Source: an uncultured bacterium (lineage in GTDB: Bacteria > Arandabacterota > Arandabacteria > Arandabacterales > Arandabacteraceae). From it: 64,000 nt of DNA. This document shows, in pieces, positions 48,056 through 59,637 of this stretch (within the stretch, counting starts at the first letter, position 1; each line of letters starts with the position of its first letter). A model generated the notes under the pieces. That model had not been told where the DNA came from. It did not search any database and saw only the letters and a program-made list of their open reading frames with translations. A program made the position numbers and the translations under genes. The DNA is taken from positions 3,600 through 67,599 of the forward strand of contig CAZRAU010000006.1 of NCBI GenBank assembly GCA_964598025.1, given 5' to 3'.

Positions 48056-49225
48056 ATGGACAGGGTTATCTTCCATATCGATATGGACGCCTTTTTTTCA
48101 TCGATTGAGCAGCTGTCCAACCCCAACCTCAGGGGTAAGCCGGTCATTGTGTGTGGCGATCCCAACAGCAGGAGTGTTGTAGCCACAGCATCCTATGAGG
48201 CAAGGCTGTTCGGACTCAGATCGGGTATGCCGATAGGCAGGGCGCGCCGGCTTTGTCCCCACGGCATTTACATCCCCGGTAATCCGAAGAAGTATGTTTA
48301 CACCTCCGTTCAGATCTTGGGAATCCTCAGGCAATTTACTTCCAGGGTCGAACCCTTCAGTGTCGATGAAGCGTTCCTTGAGTTCGAGGATCTCGGATAT
48401 TTAGACGCGCCCAGGGTGGCAAGGAAGATCATGCAGAGGATCCATAAGGAATTCGGTCTGACATGCTCGATAGGGATCGGTCCCAATAAGATCGTTGCCA
48501 AGATGGCATCGGAACTCAATAAACCCGACGGGCTGACGCTTATTGAAGATGGAAAGTTCCTTGATTTCTTTGGCGAAAAGGATGTCACTGCACTGTGGGG
48601 CATAGGTGAAAAGACAACCGTAAAGCTCAATAACCTGGGTATTAGAAAAGTAAGAGACCTGGCGCTATTCCCAGAGCCCACGCTGCGGAAGCTCTTCGGG
48701 GAATACGGCACATATCTCAAGATGACCGCCAACGGCATTGATGACTCGCCGGTCATTCCCTACTACAAGGGCATCGAGCCTAAATCAATAGGGCACGAAC
48801 GCACACTCCCCTTTGACACCGATGATCCCGATCACATCATGTCCACGCTTCTCAGGCTATGCGAGCAAGTTGCAAGGCGTATGCGAAAAAGCGGTTATGT
48901 AGGTGATACCGTAACGGTGAAAATTAGGTATGGAAATTTCAATACATTCACCAGGCAAAAGAAACTGGATAAGTGCTTCGAGAGGGATGATGTCCTTTAT
49001 GAAACGGCGAAGAAACTGTTCCTGAGCAACTTCAATGGAGATGAAATACGGCTTCTAGGGGTCAGTGCTTCGGGGTTGGTAAAAAAGGAGGAGATGCTCT
49101 CCGATCCTTTGTTTCCGGTGGATATAGTGCATCGTAATTGTCTTGAAGTAGTGGATTCGATCAGGGATAGATTCGGAGAAGATTCTATCAAGCGCGGAGG
49201 CTCTATAGGGACCGGAGGCTTATAG
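48056..49225 (+). CDS. dinB: DNA polymerase IV (Y family)
   Basis: HIDMDAFF, SYEAR.FG..SGMP, SVDEAFL, KPDG, LWGIG, KSIGHERT, RLLGVS. Confidence 0.95.
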   Translation: MDRVIFHIDMDAFFSSIEQLSNPNLRGKPVIVCGDPNSRSVVATASYEARLFGLRSGMPIGRARRLCPHGIYIPGNPKKYVYTSVQILGILRQFTSRVEPFSVDEAFLEFEDLGYLDAPRVARKIMQRIHKEFGLTCSIGIGPNKIVAKMASELNKPDGLTLIEDGKFLDFFGEKDVTALWGIGEKTTVKLNNLGIRKVRDLALFPEPTLRKLFGEYGTYLKMTANGIDDSPVIPYYKGIEPKSIGHERTLPFDTDDPDHIMSTLLRLCEQVARRMRKSGYVGDTVTVKIRYGNFNTFTRQKKLDKCFERDDVLYETAKKLFLSNFNGDEIRLLGVSASGLVKKEEMLSDPLFPVDIVHRNCLEVVDSIRDRFGEDSIKRGGSIGTGGL

Positions 49226-49296
49226 GGAGAGCGCGCCTCACAAGGAGTTGTAGGGAATAGACCTTCCTGAGGTCTTCCTTGGAGCATAATCGGGCA

Positions 49297-51627
49297 ATGG
49301 AGAAAACCACTCGTATATCCGATTTCCTCACCTATGTTCAGACGTCCGACGGCTATCGCGGGCAGATCACACATATCCAACACCTCCCATCCAGGGAGCC
49401 TGTCTATAGAGATCCCGTGACACCCATCTCCCCGACAATCAGAAGGGCCCTGGAGTCTATGGGTATCACCTCACTCTATTCTCACCAGGCGGAAGCCATC
49501 GATCTCATCTCCGGGGGGAGGAACACCGCCATAGTCACATCCACCGCCAGCGGCAAGACCATCTGTTACAACATACCGGTGCTGGAAGCCCTGCTCGATG
49601 ATCCCGAGGCTACGGCCCTTTTCCTGTTTCCGACCAAAGCCCTTGCCCAGGACCAGCTTCGCGTCCTGGGCAACTTCTGTTCGGCGGACCCCGCCCTCAT
49701 GGATCTTGTGCGTGCCGGCACCTACGACGGCGATACACCGAGGGAAACCAGGCGAAAGCTCAGAAACCACGCCAACGTGATCCTGACCAATCCTGATATG
49801 CTGCATCAGGGCATACTTCCTTATCACTCGCGGTGGAGCCGTTTCTTCGCGAGGCTTCGCTACGTTGTCATCGACGAGATGCACACCTACAGAGGTATAT
49901 TCGGGTCCAACGTGGCCAATGTTCTGCGACGGCTCGGGCGGATCCTCAACCACTATGGAAACGACCCCACCCTGGTTTTGTGCTCAGCCACGATAGCGAA
50001 TCCCGGGGAGCTGGCCGAGGCGCTTGTCGGGGAAACCTGTGCGGTGGTCTCCGATGATGGCTCACCTCGGGGGCCTAAGATGTTTGTACTCTGGAATCCC
50101 AACTTCATCGACTCTCACCGGATGGAGCGGAAGAGCTCCAATGTGGAAGCCCATGATCTGATGGTTGGATTGATAGAGGCCGGCATTCAGACTATCACCT
50201 TCACCAAGGCGAGGGTGGTGGCGGAGCTCATTCTCCGCTACGTGAGGGATGCGCTTTCGCGCAGGAACCCGCAACTTGTTAAGAAGGTGAGCGCCTACCG
50301 AGCCTGGTATCTTCCGGAGGAGAGGCGGCAAATCGAAAAAGCGCTCTTCTCGGGTGAGCTTCTGGGAGTGGCCAGCACCAATGCTCTCGAGCTCGGGATA
50401 GATGTGGGGAGTCTCGACGCCTCGATCATAGTCGGTTTTCCGGGCACAATAGCTTCTACCTGGCAGCAGGCCGGGCGTGCCGGCAGAAAGACCGATGAGG
50501 CTCTTGTCGTCTTCATAGCCTACAACGATCCCATAGACCAGTACCTCATGAGATACCCCGACTACTTCTTCGGCCAGAGTCCGGAGAATGCCGTAATCGA
50601 TCCGGCCAACCCTTACATATTGGCCGGGCATCTCAGCTGCGCGGCCTTCGAGCTTCCCATCTCCGAGGAAGATGAGACCATATTCGGCAGTCTCACGAAG
50701 CCTGTGTTGACGGTGCTGGAGGATGTGAAGCGCGTAAAGACCATAGACGACCGAACCTACTGGGCTACGACCGAATTCCCCGCTGCCGGTGTCGGCCTCA
50801 GGACTATCTCGGACGATACCTTTACCATCGTGGACGCCACGGCCGCCGAAAAAGTGATAGGCAATGTTGATGCCATAAGCGCTCCGGAATTGGTTTACCC
50901 GCAGGGGATCTACATCCACGGCGGGCTTACCTATCAGGTGAGAGACCTGGACCTGGAGGGGAAGGTCGCCTTTGTCGAACGGAAGGAGGTAGACTACTAT
51001 ACCCAGCCCATTCTCGAATCCTCCATCAGGGTGAAGGACGAGAAGAAGGAGACCGCCCGCGGGGATCTCCTTGTGTTTTTCGGGGACGCCACCGTCAGCT
51101 GGAAGACCACCTCTTTTAAGAAGATCAAGTTCTACAGTCTCGATTCCATCGGTTACGGGTCCGTCGACATCCCGACACAACATCTTGAGACCGTTGCCCT
51201 ATGGATGTATCCTGACGCGGAGATCGTCTCGCTCATAAGGAAGAAGGGAATGAATCCAGTCGAGGGCCTGGTAGGGTTCAAGAATGTGCTGATAAACATC
51301 CTGCCGCTTTTCGTGATGTGCGATCGGCAGGATATAGGCGGGCTGGTCGAGTCCAGCAACGTGGGAAAACCGGCCATCTTCCTTTATGACCGGTACAAGG
51401 GGGGCCTGGGCTTCTGCGAGAAAGCGTATGATCTCCTGCCGCGGATTATGGAGGGTGTGCTCCAGGTAATAGAGGATTGCCCTTGTGAGACCGGATGCCC
51501 GTCGTGTGTGGGGCTCCCGGTTCTCAGGCCCCCTCAGCACCAGGACCCCGATCCCGGCCACGGCTATCCCATCCCCGACAAGGAAACGGCCAAGCTTCTG
51601 GTACGGAGAATCCTCGAACGTGCTTGA
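49297..51627 (+). CDS. DEAD/DEAH-box helicase with DUF1998 zinc domain (MrfA/YprA/SftH-like)
   Basis: TASGKT, PTKALAQDQ, TNPDMLH, DEMH, SAT, TNALELGID, QQAGRAGR, CDRQD, CPCETGCPSC. Confidence 0.93.
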   Translation: MEKTTRISDFLTYVQTSDGYRGQITHIQHLPSREPVYRDPVTPISPTIRRALESMGITSLYSHQAEAIDLISGGRNTAIVTSTASGKTICYNIPVLEALLDDPEATALFLFPTKALAQDQLRVLGNFCSADPALMDLVRAGTYDGDTPRETRRKLRNHANVILTNPDMLHQGILPYHSRWSRFFARLRYVVIDEMHTYRGIFGSNVANVLRRLGRILNHYGNDPTLVLCSATIANPGELAEALVGETCAVVSDDGSPRGPKMFVLWNPNFIDSHRMERKSSNVEAHDLMVGLIEAGIQTITFTKARVVAELILRYVRDALSRRNPQLVKKVSAYRAWYLPEERRQIEKALFSGELLGVASTNALELGIDVGSLDASIIVGFPGTIASTWQQAGRAGRKTDEALVVFIAYNDPIDQYLMRYPDYFFGQSPENAVIDPANPYILAGHLSCAAFELPISEEDETIFGSLTKPVLTVLEDVKRVKTIDDRTYWATTEFPAAGVGLRTISDDTFTIVDATAAEKVIGNVDAISAPELVYPQGIYIHGGLTYQVRDLDLEGKVAFVERKEVDYYTQPILESSIRVKDEKKETARGDLLVFFGDATVSWKTTSFKKIKFYSLDSIGYGSVDIPTQHLETVALWMYPDAEIVSLIRKKGMNPVEGLVGFKNVLINILPLFVMCDRQDIGGLVESSNVGKPAIFLYDRYKGGLGFCEKAYDLLPRIMEGVLQVIEDCPCETGCPSCVGLPVLRPPQHQDPDPGHGYPIPDKETAKLLVRRILERA

Positions 51628-52393
51628 GGAAGACATAAGACGGCGCATAGCGAACCTCCGGCTCATGCTGCTCGAGAACCTCACGCAGCCGGGCCTCGAG
51701 CGTCCGGAGGCGAGGCATCTGGCGATAGATGACATCGAGGGTGTAACCGAAGCGGAGAACCGGTTCGGAACCTATGTGGTCATCGAAAAGCCTGCTGAGG
51801 ACTATGTCCGGACCTGCGACCTCGAGGAAGCGGCCCGGATCCACCTGGGCGAGGGGCGGAGCGCACCTTCGTTCGTCTTCATGGACCTCGAGACCACCGG
51901 GTTTTCATCCACTCCCCTATTTCTCGGCGGGACGGCTTTCATTCGTGATGGGGCCGTAAGATGCACCCAGATGCTTGCCCGCGACTACTCCGAAGAGAGG
52001 GCGGTAATAAGGGCCCTGGATGAGATCCTTGCCCGTCATGAATTCTGCGTCACGTTTAACGGTAAGTCCTTTGACGTACCTTACCTTAGAGAGCGGGCCA
52101 AGTACCACAAGGTTGAGCTTGTCTCCGCGCCGCAGCAGTTCGATCTTCTGCATGCGGCCAGGCGCAAGTGGAAGCACAGCCTTCCTAATTGCAGACTCGT
52201 AACCCTGGAAAGGCATATCCTGGGCAGAAGAAGGATTGGAGACATTCCGGGTTGGGAAGTTCCTTGCATTTACCATGAGTTTGTGCATACTAAGGATGCG
52301 AGAAGAATAAGAGGCGTGTTGAGGCATAATCTTGTGGATGTTCTGTCCATGGCAGAACTCTTTGTCAGCCTGGCGGAGGCGACCATATGCTGA
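51620..52393 (+). CDS. RNase H-like/DEDD exonuclease (MrfB/YprB-like)
   Basis: FMDLETTG, TFNGKSFDVP, DLLHAAR, NCRL, HNLVDVLS; GTG overlaps the helicase stop. Confidence 0.88.
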   Translation: MLEEDIRRRIANLRLMLLENLTQPGLERPEARHLAIDDIEGVTEAENRFGTYVVIEKPAEDYVRTCDLEEAARIHLGEGRSAPSFVFMDLETTGFSSTPLFLGGTAFIRDGAVRCTQMLARDYSEERAVIRALDEILARHEFCVTFNGKSFDVPYLRERAKYHKVELVSAPQQFDLLHAARRKWKHSLPNCRLVTLERHILGRRRIGDIPGWEVPCIYHEFVHTKDARRIRGVLRHNLVDVLSMAELFVSLAEATIC

Positions 52394-53017
52394 TGTTCTT
52401 GGTACGGCATGCCGAGTCGACTTGGAATCGCATGAAGAAGATCCAGGGGCAGCGCGACCCCCAGCTCAGCAAGTATGGGAGAAAGGAAGCGGGACTGCTG
52501 GCCAAGAGGTTCAAAGGGCTTTCCTTTGATGGTGTCTACGCGAGCCCCCTTAAGCGTGCATATCAGACGGCCGAAATCGTTGTGGGCAAGAAGACCCCGG
52601 TGATACGTAAGGCAGGGCTCAATGAGATCTCGCTGGGCGAGTGGGAAGGCAAGACCCTCCGGGGCATAAGGAAGGAATATGGGGAGATGTTCGACCGTTG
52701 GGCGGTGAGGCCCACGCGGATGCCGGTTCCCGGCGGGGAGGATTTCAAGATGTTCGTAAAACGGGTCGGACGGACCCTCCGGACGATCGAAGCCTCACAC
52801 AAAGTGGGCAATGTGCTTGTCGTCTGCCACGGAGGAGTGATCTCGACGTACGCCACCTTGGTGCTCAACCTTCCACCGGATGATGTATGGTGTCTAACAG
52901 TGAAGAATGCCTCGCTGACAATCGTGGAGGTGGCTGCTAATCTCCATAAGCTGATTACTTTCAATGACATAAGCCATCTCATGGGCCTCAAGGAGCTAAG
53001 GGCCACCGACATCACAC

Positions 53018-53028
<11 letters not shown>
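52387..53028 (+). CDS. Histidine phosphatase family protein
   Basis: LVRHAES, SPLKRAYQTA, EISLGEWEG, PGGE, VCHGG. Confidence 0.92.
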
Positions 53029-55251
<2,223 letters not shown>

Positions 55252-55282
55252 ACAAGCCGGCGATTGCCGTGGAGTCTTGTCC

Positions 55283-55954
55283 ATGACCCCCGAAGCAACC
55301 AGGGAAACCCTCGAACATATCGCGCGCACGGGCGGGGCCGTACTCTTCGGTGTGGCCCACCTCCCGGAGGTTGAGGACGTGCCGGGTGAGGTGCGGTTCA
55401 CGGGCCTCAGGACCGGCATAAGCTTCGGGTACAAGCTGAGCGACGTTGTGCTCGACGGCATCATCGATCACCCGACGCGAACCTATCAGTATCACTATCG
55501 TCAGGTCAATATCCTGCTCGATCAGATAGGGCTCCGTATTTCGGGCTGTATTCAGGAGGCCGGGGGCCGGGTGTTTCCTGTGCCCTCATCCCAGGTGGTT
55601 GATTGGGACAGGTTCACCGGTCACATCTCCCATAAGGCGATTGCAAGACTCGCCGGTCTGGGCTGGATAGGCCGAAACAATCTCCTCGTCAATCCCGATT
55701 TTGGTTCGAGGGTCCGGTATGCCAGTGTGCTGACCGACTTGGTGCTGCCCCATGACCACCCGGTCGAAGCGAGTTGTGGGACCTGCAGGCGCTGTGTCCA
55801 GACCTGCCCCGGCGGCGCGATCGGGGAGTCCCCGTCCGACTATGACCTTCAGAAGTGCGTCGAGACCATGGACCGTATCAAGAAACCCGCCAACATCGGG
55901 TCTCGTATCTGCGGGATCTGCGTCAAGGCTTGTTTCGGCAAGAAACAAGCCTGA
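55283..55954 (+). CDS. Epoxyqueuosine reductase-like 4Fe-4S protein
   Basis: SHKAIARLAGLGWIGRNNL, FGSRVR, CGTCRRCVQTCP, C...CGICVKAC. Confidence 0.85.
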   Translation: MTPEATRETLEHIARTGGAVLFGVAHLPEVEDVPGEVRFTGLRTGISFGYKLSDVVLDGIIDHPTRTYQYHYRQVNILLDQIGLRISGCIQEAGGRVFPVPSSQVVDWDRFTGHISHKAIARLAGLGWIGRNNLLVNPDFGSRVRYASVLTDLVLPHDHPVEASCGTCRRCVQTCPGGAIGESPSDYDLQKCVETMDRIKKPANIGSRICGICVKACFGKKQA

Positions 55955-56027
55955 GGGCCCGGTCTGCGTAGCATCGGGTCTCCATGCCCCATGTTGGCAG
56001 CGTCTCCGCGGACGGTATTCGGCAGCC

Positions 56028-56591
56028 TCAATCCCCTTTTATTATGGGCACCAGCCTCTCCCTCGCGAGAATCACATTGAAGCCGAGCATTGCCATCGCA
56101 GGCAAAGCCACCCAGATCCGCGAGACGTCCAACACCCAGGCGAGGGTCTCGGGTTCGCCGCCGAGGCGGAGAAGGGGGATCACGGCATAATATATGGGAT
56201 CGAGGACGAGACTCACGTAAGAGGCCATGCAGAGAAAATGCAGGACCTTCGAGGGTATGCGATTGCCCTGGTAGCTTATGAGCACCAACAAGAGGTACCC
56301 GGCGAGCAAGGCGCAAGCCGGGCCTGCCAAGATGAGGGCGGCGAGCCGTGGCGGTGCCATCTCCCAGGCATTTGAGAAGACATCAAAGCCAGGGAGCACC
56401 TTGTAGATGATGACGGGTTTTGCCGGCAGCCCCATGATGATTGCCGCCAGCGCGCGTCCCAGACCTCTCAAGACGTAGAATACGTAGATTGCACCCAGGA
56501 TCGAGAGGATTGTCAGAGGGTTTCTTCGCATCTCCCGACTTCCAAGCGAACGTAGAACGACAAAGGCGCCGGCGGCCGTGAACCCGTCCAT
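56028..56591 (-). CDS. Membrane protein resembling M50-family peptidases but lacking HExxH
   Basis: AGGAG RBS; LRGLGRALAA in place of LHExGH; ILAGP; about 4-5 TM. Confidence 0.6.
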   Translation of the reverse strand: MDGFTAAGAFVVLRSLGSREMRRNPLTILSILGAIYVFYVLRGLGRALAAIIMGLPAKPVIIYKVLPGFDVFSNAWEMAPPRLAALILAGPACALLAGYLLLVLISYQGNRIPSKVLHFLCMASYVSLVLDPIYYAVIPLLRLGGEPETLAWVLDVSRIWVALPAMAMLGFNVILARERLVPIIKGD

Positions 56592-56823
56592 GCCCTCACT
56601 CCTGTCACTCCCGGCCGGCCACCGAAGAGAAACATCGGGTCTCTTTGAACGGTAGGCCTCCACGGCCATGATGTCAACCCATTCATCGGCGATTCCAGGG
56701 AACGCAAAGGTCCACGGTCAGGATCGGCCGGTCAGGACCCGCCCCGGGAAGAGGATACCGGTGCAGTTGGGAATGTCACCTGTCCTCATGCCGGCAGCCC
56801 CTGGTTCCACCCGACCGGACGGC

Positions 56824-56852
56824 TTGACTTCATGCCGGGCCCGTTATATCCT
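56824..56852 (+). promoter_or_regulatory. Sigma70-type promoter
   Basis: TTGACT-17-TATCCT. Confidence 0.55.
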
Positions 56853-56887
56853 CTCTTCGACCTTTGCCGGAGGGTAGGAGGTAGGTC

Positions 56888-57316
56888 ATGGCGCATAGAC
56901 CTTGTTATGAAGACGGTCATCTCATTGTCGCGGCGGTGAGGGTACTTTCCCATAAGGCCGACAAACCACCCACGCCGGAGGATGTCGCCGAACTGTTGGG
57001 GTTGGCCCCGGATTTCGTAAGGAACCTGATCATCGGGCTTGGCGACGAGGGCATACTGAAGGTAGTCGAGAATCCATTTGAGATAAGGACGGAAGTCAAG
57101 AACCACATCAAACTCGAGGAGCTCCCGAAAGAGGCTCAGGGGCCGTCGATCCAGGACGAATTGGATGAGTTTGTGAAGAAGAAAAAGAAGGAGGTTGAAG
57201 ATACCGAAAAGATGTTCACGATGGATGAGATTGAGAAACAGAAGCAGGAGAAGATTTCGAAGTTGGACGAAGAGATGAAAAGAATGAAGGGGAAAGGCCG
57301 CTCACCGTTCGCATAG
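56888..57316 (+). CDS. Hypothetical winged-helix-like protein with charged coiled-coil tail
   Basis: GGAGGT RBS; PTPEDVAELLGLAPDFVRNLI; K/E-rich C-terminus. Confidence 0.75.
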   Translation: MAHRPCYEDGHLIVAAVRVLSHKADKPPTPEDVAELLGLAPDFVRNLIIGLGDEGILKVVENPFEIRTEVKNHIKLEELPKEAQGPSIQDELDEFVKKKKKEVEDTEKMFTMDEIEKQKQEKISKLDEEMKRMKGKGRSPFA

Positions 57317-57407
57317 CCCGCCCCGCCAATGCCCGGCTGGGGCGACCTCATCTGATGTCGGACCGATTTTTGCCTTCGAGCCTCCGCCAGTCGCCACAAT
57401 ACTCAGG

Positions 57408-57530
57408 TCACGGTTCCCGCTTCCTCGCGAGCACCAGGCAGATCACAATGCCGCCATAGAGTATGACGCCCGTCACTATACCCATGGCAACAGCCGATGC
57501 AGGGAGTCTCGCCAGTATGCCTGTAAGCAA
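57408..57530 (-). CDS. NSS transporter small subunit (MetS-like), 40 aa, absent from the ORF track
   Basis: Manually translated MLTGILARLPASAVAMGIVTGVILYGGIVICLVLARKREP; TTG 1 nt after the NSS gene stop. Confidence 0.75.
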   Translation of the reverse strand: MLTGILARLPASAVAMGIVTGVILYGGIVICLVLARKREP

Positions 57531-57531
57531 C

Positions 57532-59013
57532 TTAGGCTGTCCTCCTTCCCTTGGATCTCATCAGAAGGAACGCGACTATGGGCAGAGCTATCACTATAGC
57601 CCAGCCGGCAGCGAATTCGGCCCATCTTGGATAGCCCTCGTAAGAGGCGAATATGCGGGCCTTGATCTCCAGTGCGACCGAAACGCCAAGGACGGCCGGG
57701 GTCACAAACATGATCATCGCGTCCCACCACCGCCCGATGGAGAACTCAGACTTGGAATTGACATAGTCGCGTAATGACCGGGCTCCATAGAAGTATCCAA
57801 TCACAATGCACTCGAGCAACCCCACTATGGCCAAGCCGAAACTATTCATGAAATGGTCCACGATGTCCAGCCAGTAATATCCCGCCCGGGTGGCGAAGAT
57901 AAGTGCCAGAATGAAACCCACTATGCCGACGCTCAGGTTCACCTTGAGCCGCTTGGCGTTGTACTTGTCCATGAAACCCGCCGCAACGGCTTCGACAAGT
58001 GAGAAAGCCGAATCGATGGCCAGGGTCAAGAGCATGATGAAGAAGAGAATCCCGAAGAAGACCGCGGCCTTGCCGAGCGTGCTGATGATGCTGGGATATG
58101 CGATGAAGGCCAGGCCGAAACCTACCGCCTGGGACGAGCCCAGCACTTCCTTGACATCAACCCCTGTCCGGCCTGCGTAATAACCAAGCGCACCGAAGAC
58201 TGCGAAGCCGCCAAGAAAGGAAGTGCCACAATTGGCAAGCGATACGATGAACGCGTTATTGACAATGTCCGAGCGCTTCGGCAGGAAACTGGCATAGGCG
58301 ATCATCACACCGAAGCCGATGGACAGGGAGAAAAACACCTGGGTGTAGGCTGCCAGCCAGACCGCGCTGTCCTTGAGGGCCTCGAAGTTCGGCGTGAGAT
58401 AGTATGCTATGCCGGCCTCCGCACCCGGCAGTGAGACACCGCGGATAACGAAGACCACCAGGCAGATCCAGGGCAGGGGAACAGTGAGATATACCACCCT
58501 CCCAACGGTCTTTGCCCCTTTCCATATGCAGAGGACTATGAGCGTCCATGAGACAGCCAACCCCAACAGGATCCTAGGGCTTATCGAAAAGATGTCCTTG
58601 AAGTTCGTAGTCCTGTTGAGGAACTCGTTGTGGAAGAAGCTCTGGGCGTCGGCTCCCCAGGAGAGGTTGAATGAGAACCCCAGGTAATTCACGCACCAGG
58701 ACATTATGACGCCGTAGTAGGTGACAATTATGAATCCCACGCCTACGGCCAGCCATCCCAACCATTCCTTCCGTCGGCCCGTTCCCGCAAATGCCGCCGG
58801 CGCCGAGGCTCCCATCTTGTGGCCGATACCCATCTCAAGGATCATGAGAGGTATCCCTGCGGTGAATAGAGCAACCAGGTAAGGAATCAGGAATGCGCCG
58901 CCTCCGTATTTGAAACAGATATACGGAAAGCGCCAGACGTTTCCCAAACCGATCGCTGAACCAATCGCGGCGAAGACGAAGGATATCCTTGAAGGCCAAT
59001 ACTCCTTTTCCAA
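57532..59013 (-). CDS. Sodium-dependent NSS/SNF family transporter
   Basis: GSAIGLGNVWRFPY, GGGAFL, QVFFSLS, GLAFIAYP, LAIDS. Confidence 0.95.
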   Translation of the reverse strand: MEKEYWPSRISFVFAAIGSAIGLGNVWRFPYICFKYGGGAFLIPYLVALFTAGIPLMILEMGIGHKMGASAPAAFAGTGRRKEWLGWLAVGVGFIIVTYYGVIMSWCVNYLGFSFNLSWGADAQSFFHNEFLNRTTNFKDIFSISPRILLGLAVSWTLIVLCIWKGAKTVGRVVYLTVPLPWICLVVFVIRGVSLPGAEAGIAYYLTPNFEALKDSAVWLAAYTQVFFSLSIGFGVMIAYASFLPKRSDIVNNAFIVSLANCGTSFLGGFAVFGALGYYAGRTGVDVKEVLGSSQAVGFGLAFIAYPSIISTLGKAAVFFGILFFIMLLTLAIDSAFSLVEAVAAGFMDKYNAKRLKVNLSVGIVGFILALIFATRAGYYWLDIVDHFMNSFGLAIVGLLECIVIGYFYGARSLRDYVNSKSEFSIGRWWDAMIMFVTPAVLGVSVALEIKARIFASYEGYPRWAEFAAGWAIVIALPIVAFLLMRSKGRRTA

Positions 59014-59217
59014 TCCGGCTGGACCTCCCTTCGAACCTGGAGTTGTCTGAGTAGTATTCGGTTACCACGACATATGATGTGCTGTCAATCGAAAAGGGGT
59101 GGAAAGGGGCCAAGTCTGCGTTTCTTGTGGCAGCATCTTGAAACTTGAATCCTCGCAGAGATTCAGTTTGCAGGATCCGGCCCCAAGGGTGTCTGCGCGG
59201 AGTCGACCGTTTGTTTC

Positions 59218-59637
59218 TTAATCCCGGCAGAAGGCGTAATGAATAGCTCCGCCGGCGCTGCCTCCGCCGCCGGCGATGCTCCGAGCGGCGCTCTCTATGA
59301 GGTGTACTATGGTCTTGAGGTCGAACGGCTTGGAGATCTTGGTAACGGCTCCGCAGCTGATGGCCTCGTCCATCATCCTGTCCTCGGAATAACCACTCAT
59401 CATGACCACCTTCACGGCGGGGTCAAGATTGAGAATGGTCCTGCACGCGTCGAGGCCGTTCATGTGAGGCATGCGCATGTCGAGGAACACTATGTCGTAG
59501 TGATGTCCGCGGCACTTCTCCACTGCGACATCGCCGTCTTCGGCGGTCTCGACATTGCCCCCAAGAGATCGGGCAACGTCCAAAAAGAAGTCGCGGACTA
59601 TCTTCTCATCGTCAACAACCAGTATGTTCCCGCTCAT
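59218..59637 (-). CDS. Single-domain response regulator
   Basis: ILVVDDE, FLDMRMPHMNG, MMSG, KPF. Confidence 0.92.
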   Translation of the reverse strand: MSGNILVVDDEKIVRDFFLDVARSLGGNVETAEDGDVAVEKCRGHHYDIVFLDMRMPHMNGLDACRTILNLDPAVKVVMMSGYSEDRMMDEAISCGAVTKISKPFDLKTIVHLIESAARSIAGGGGSAGGAIHYAFCRD

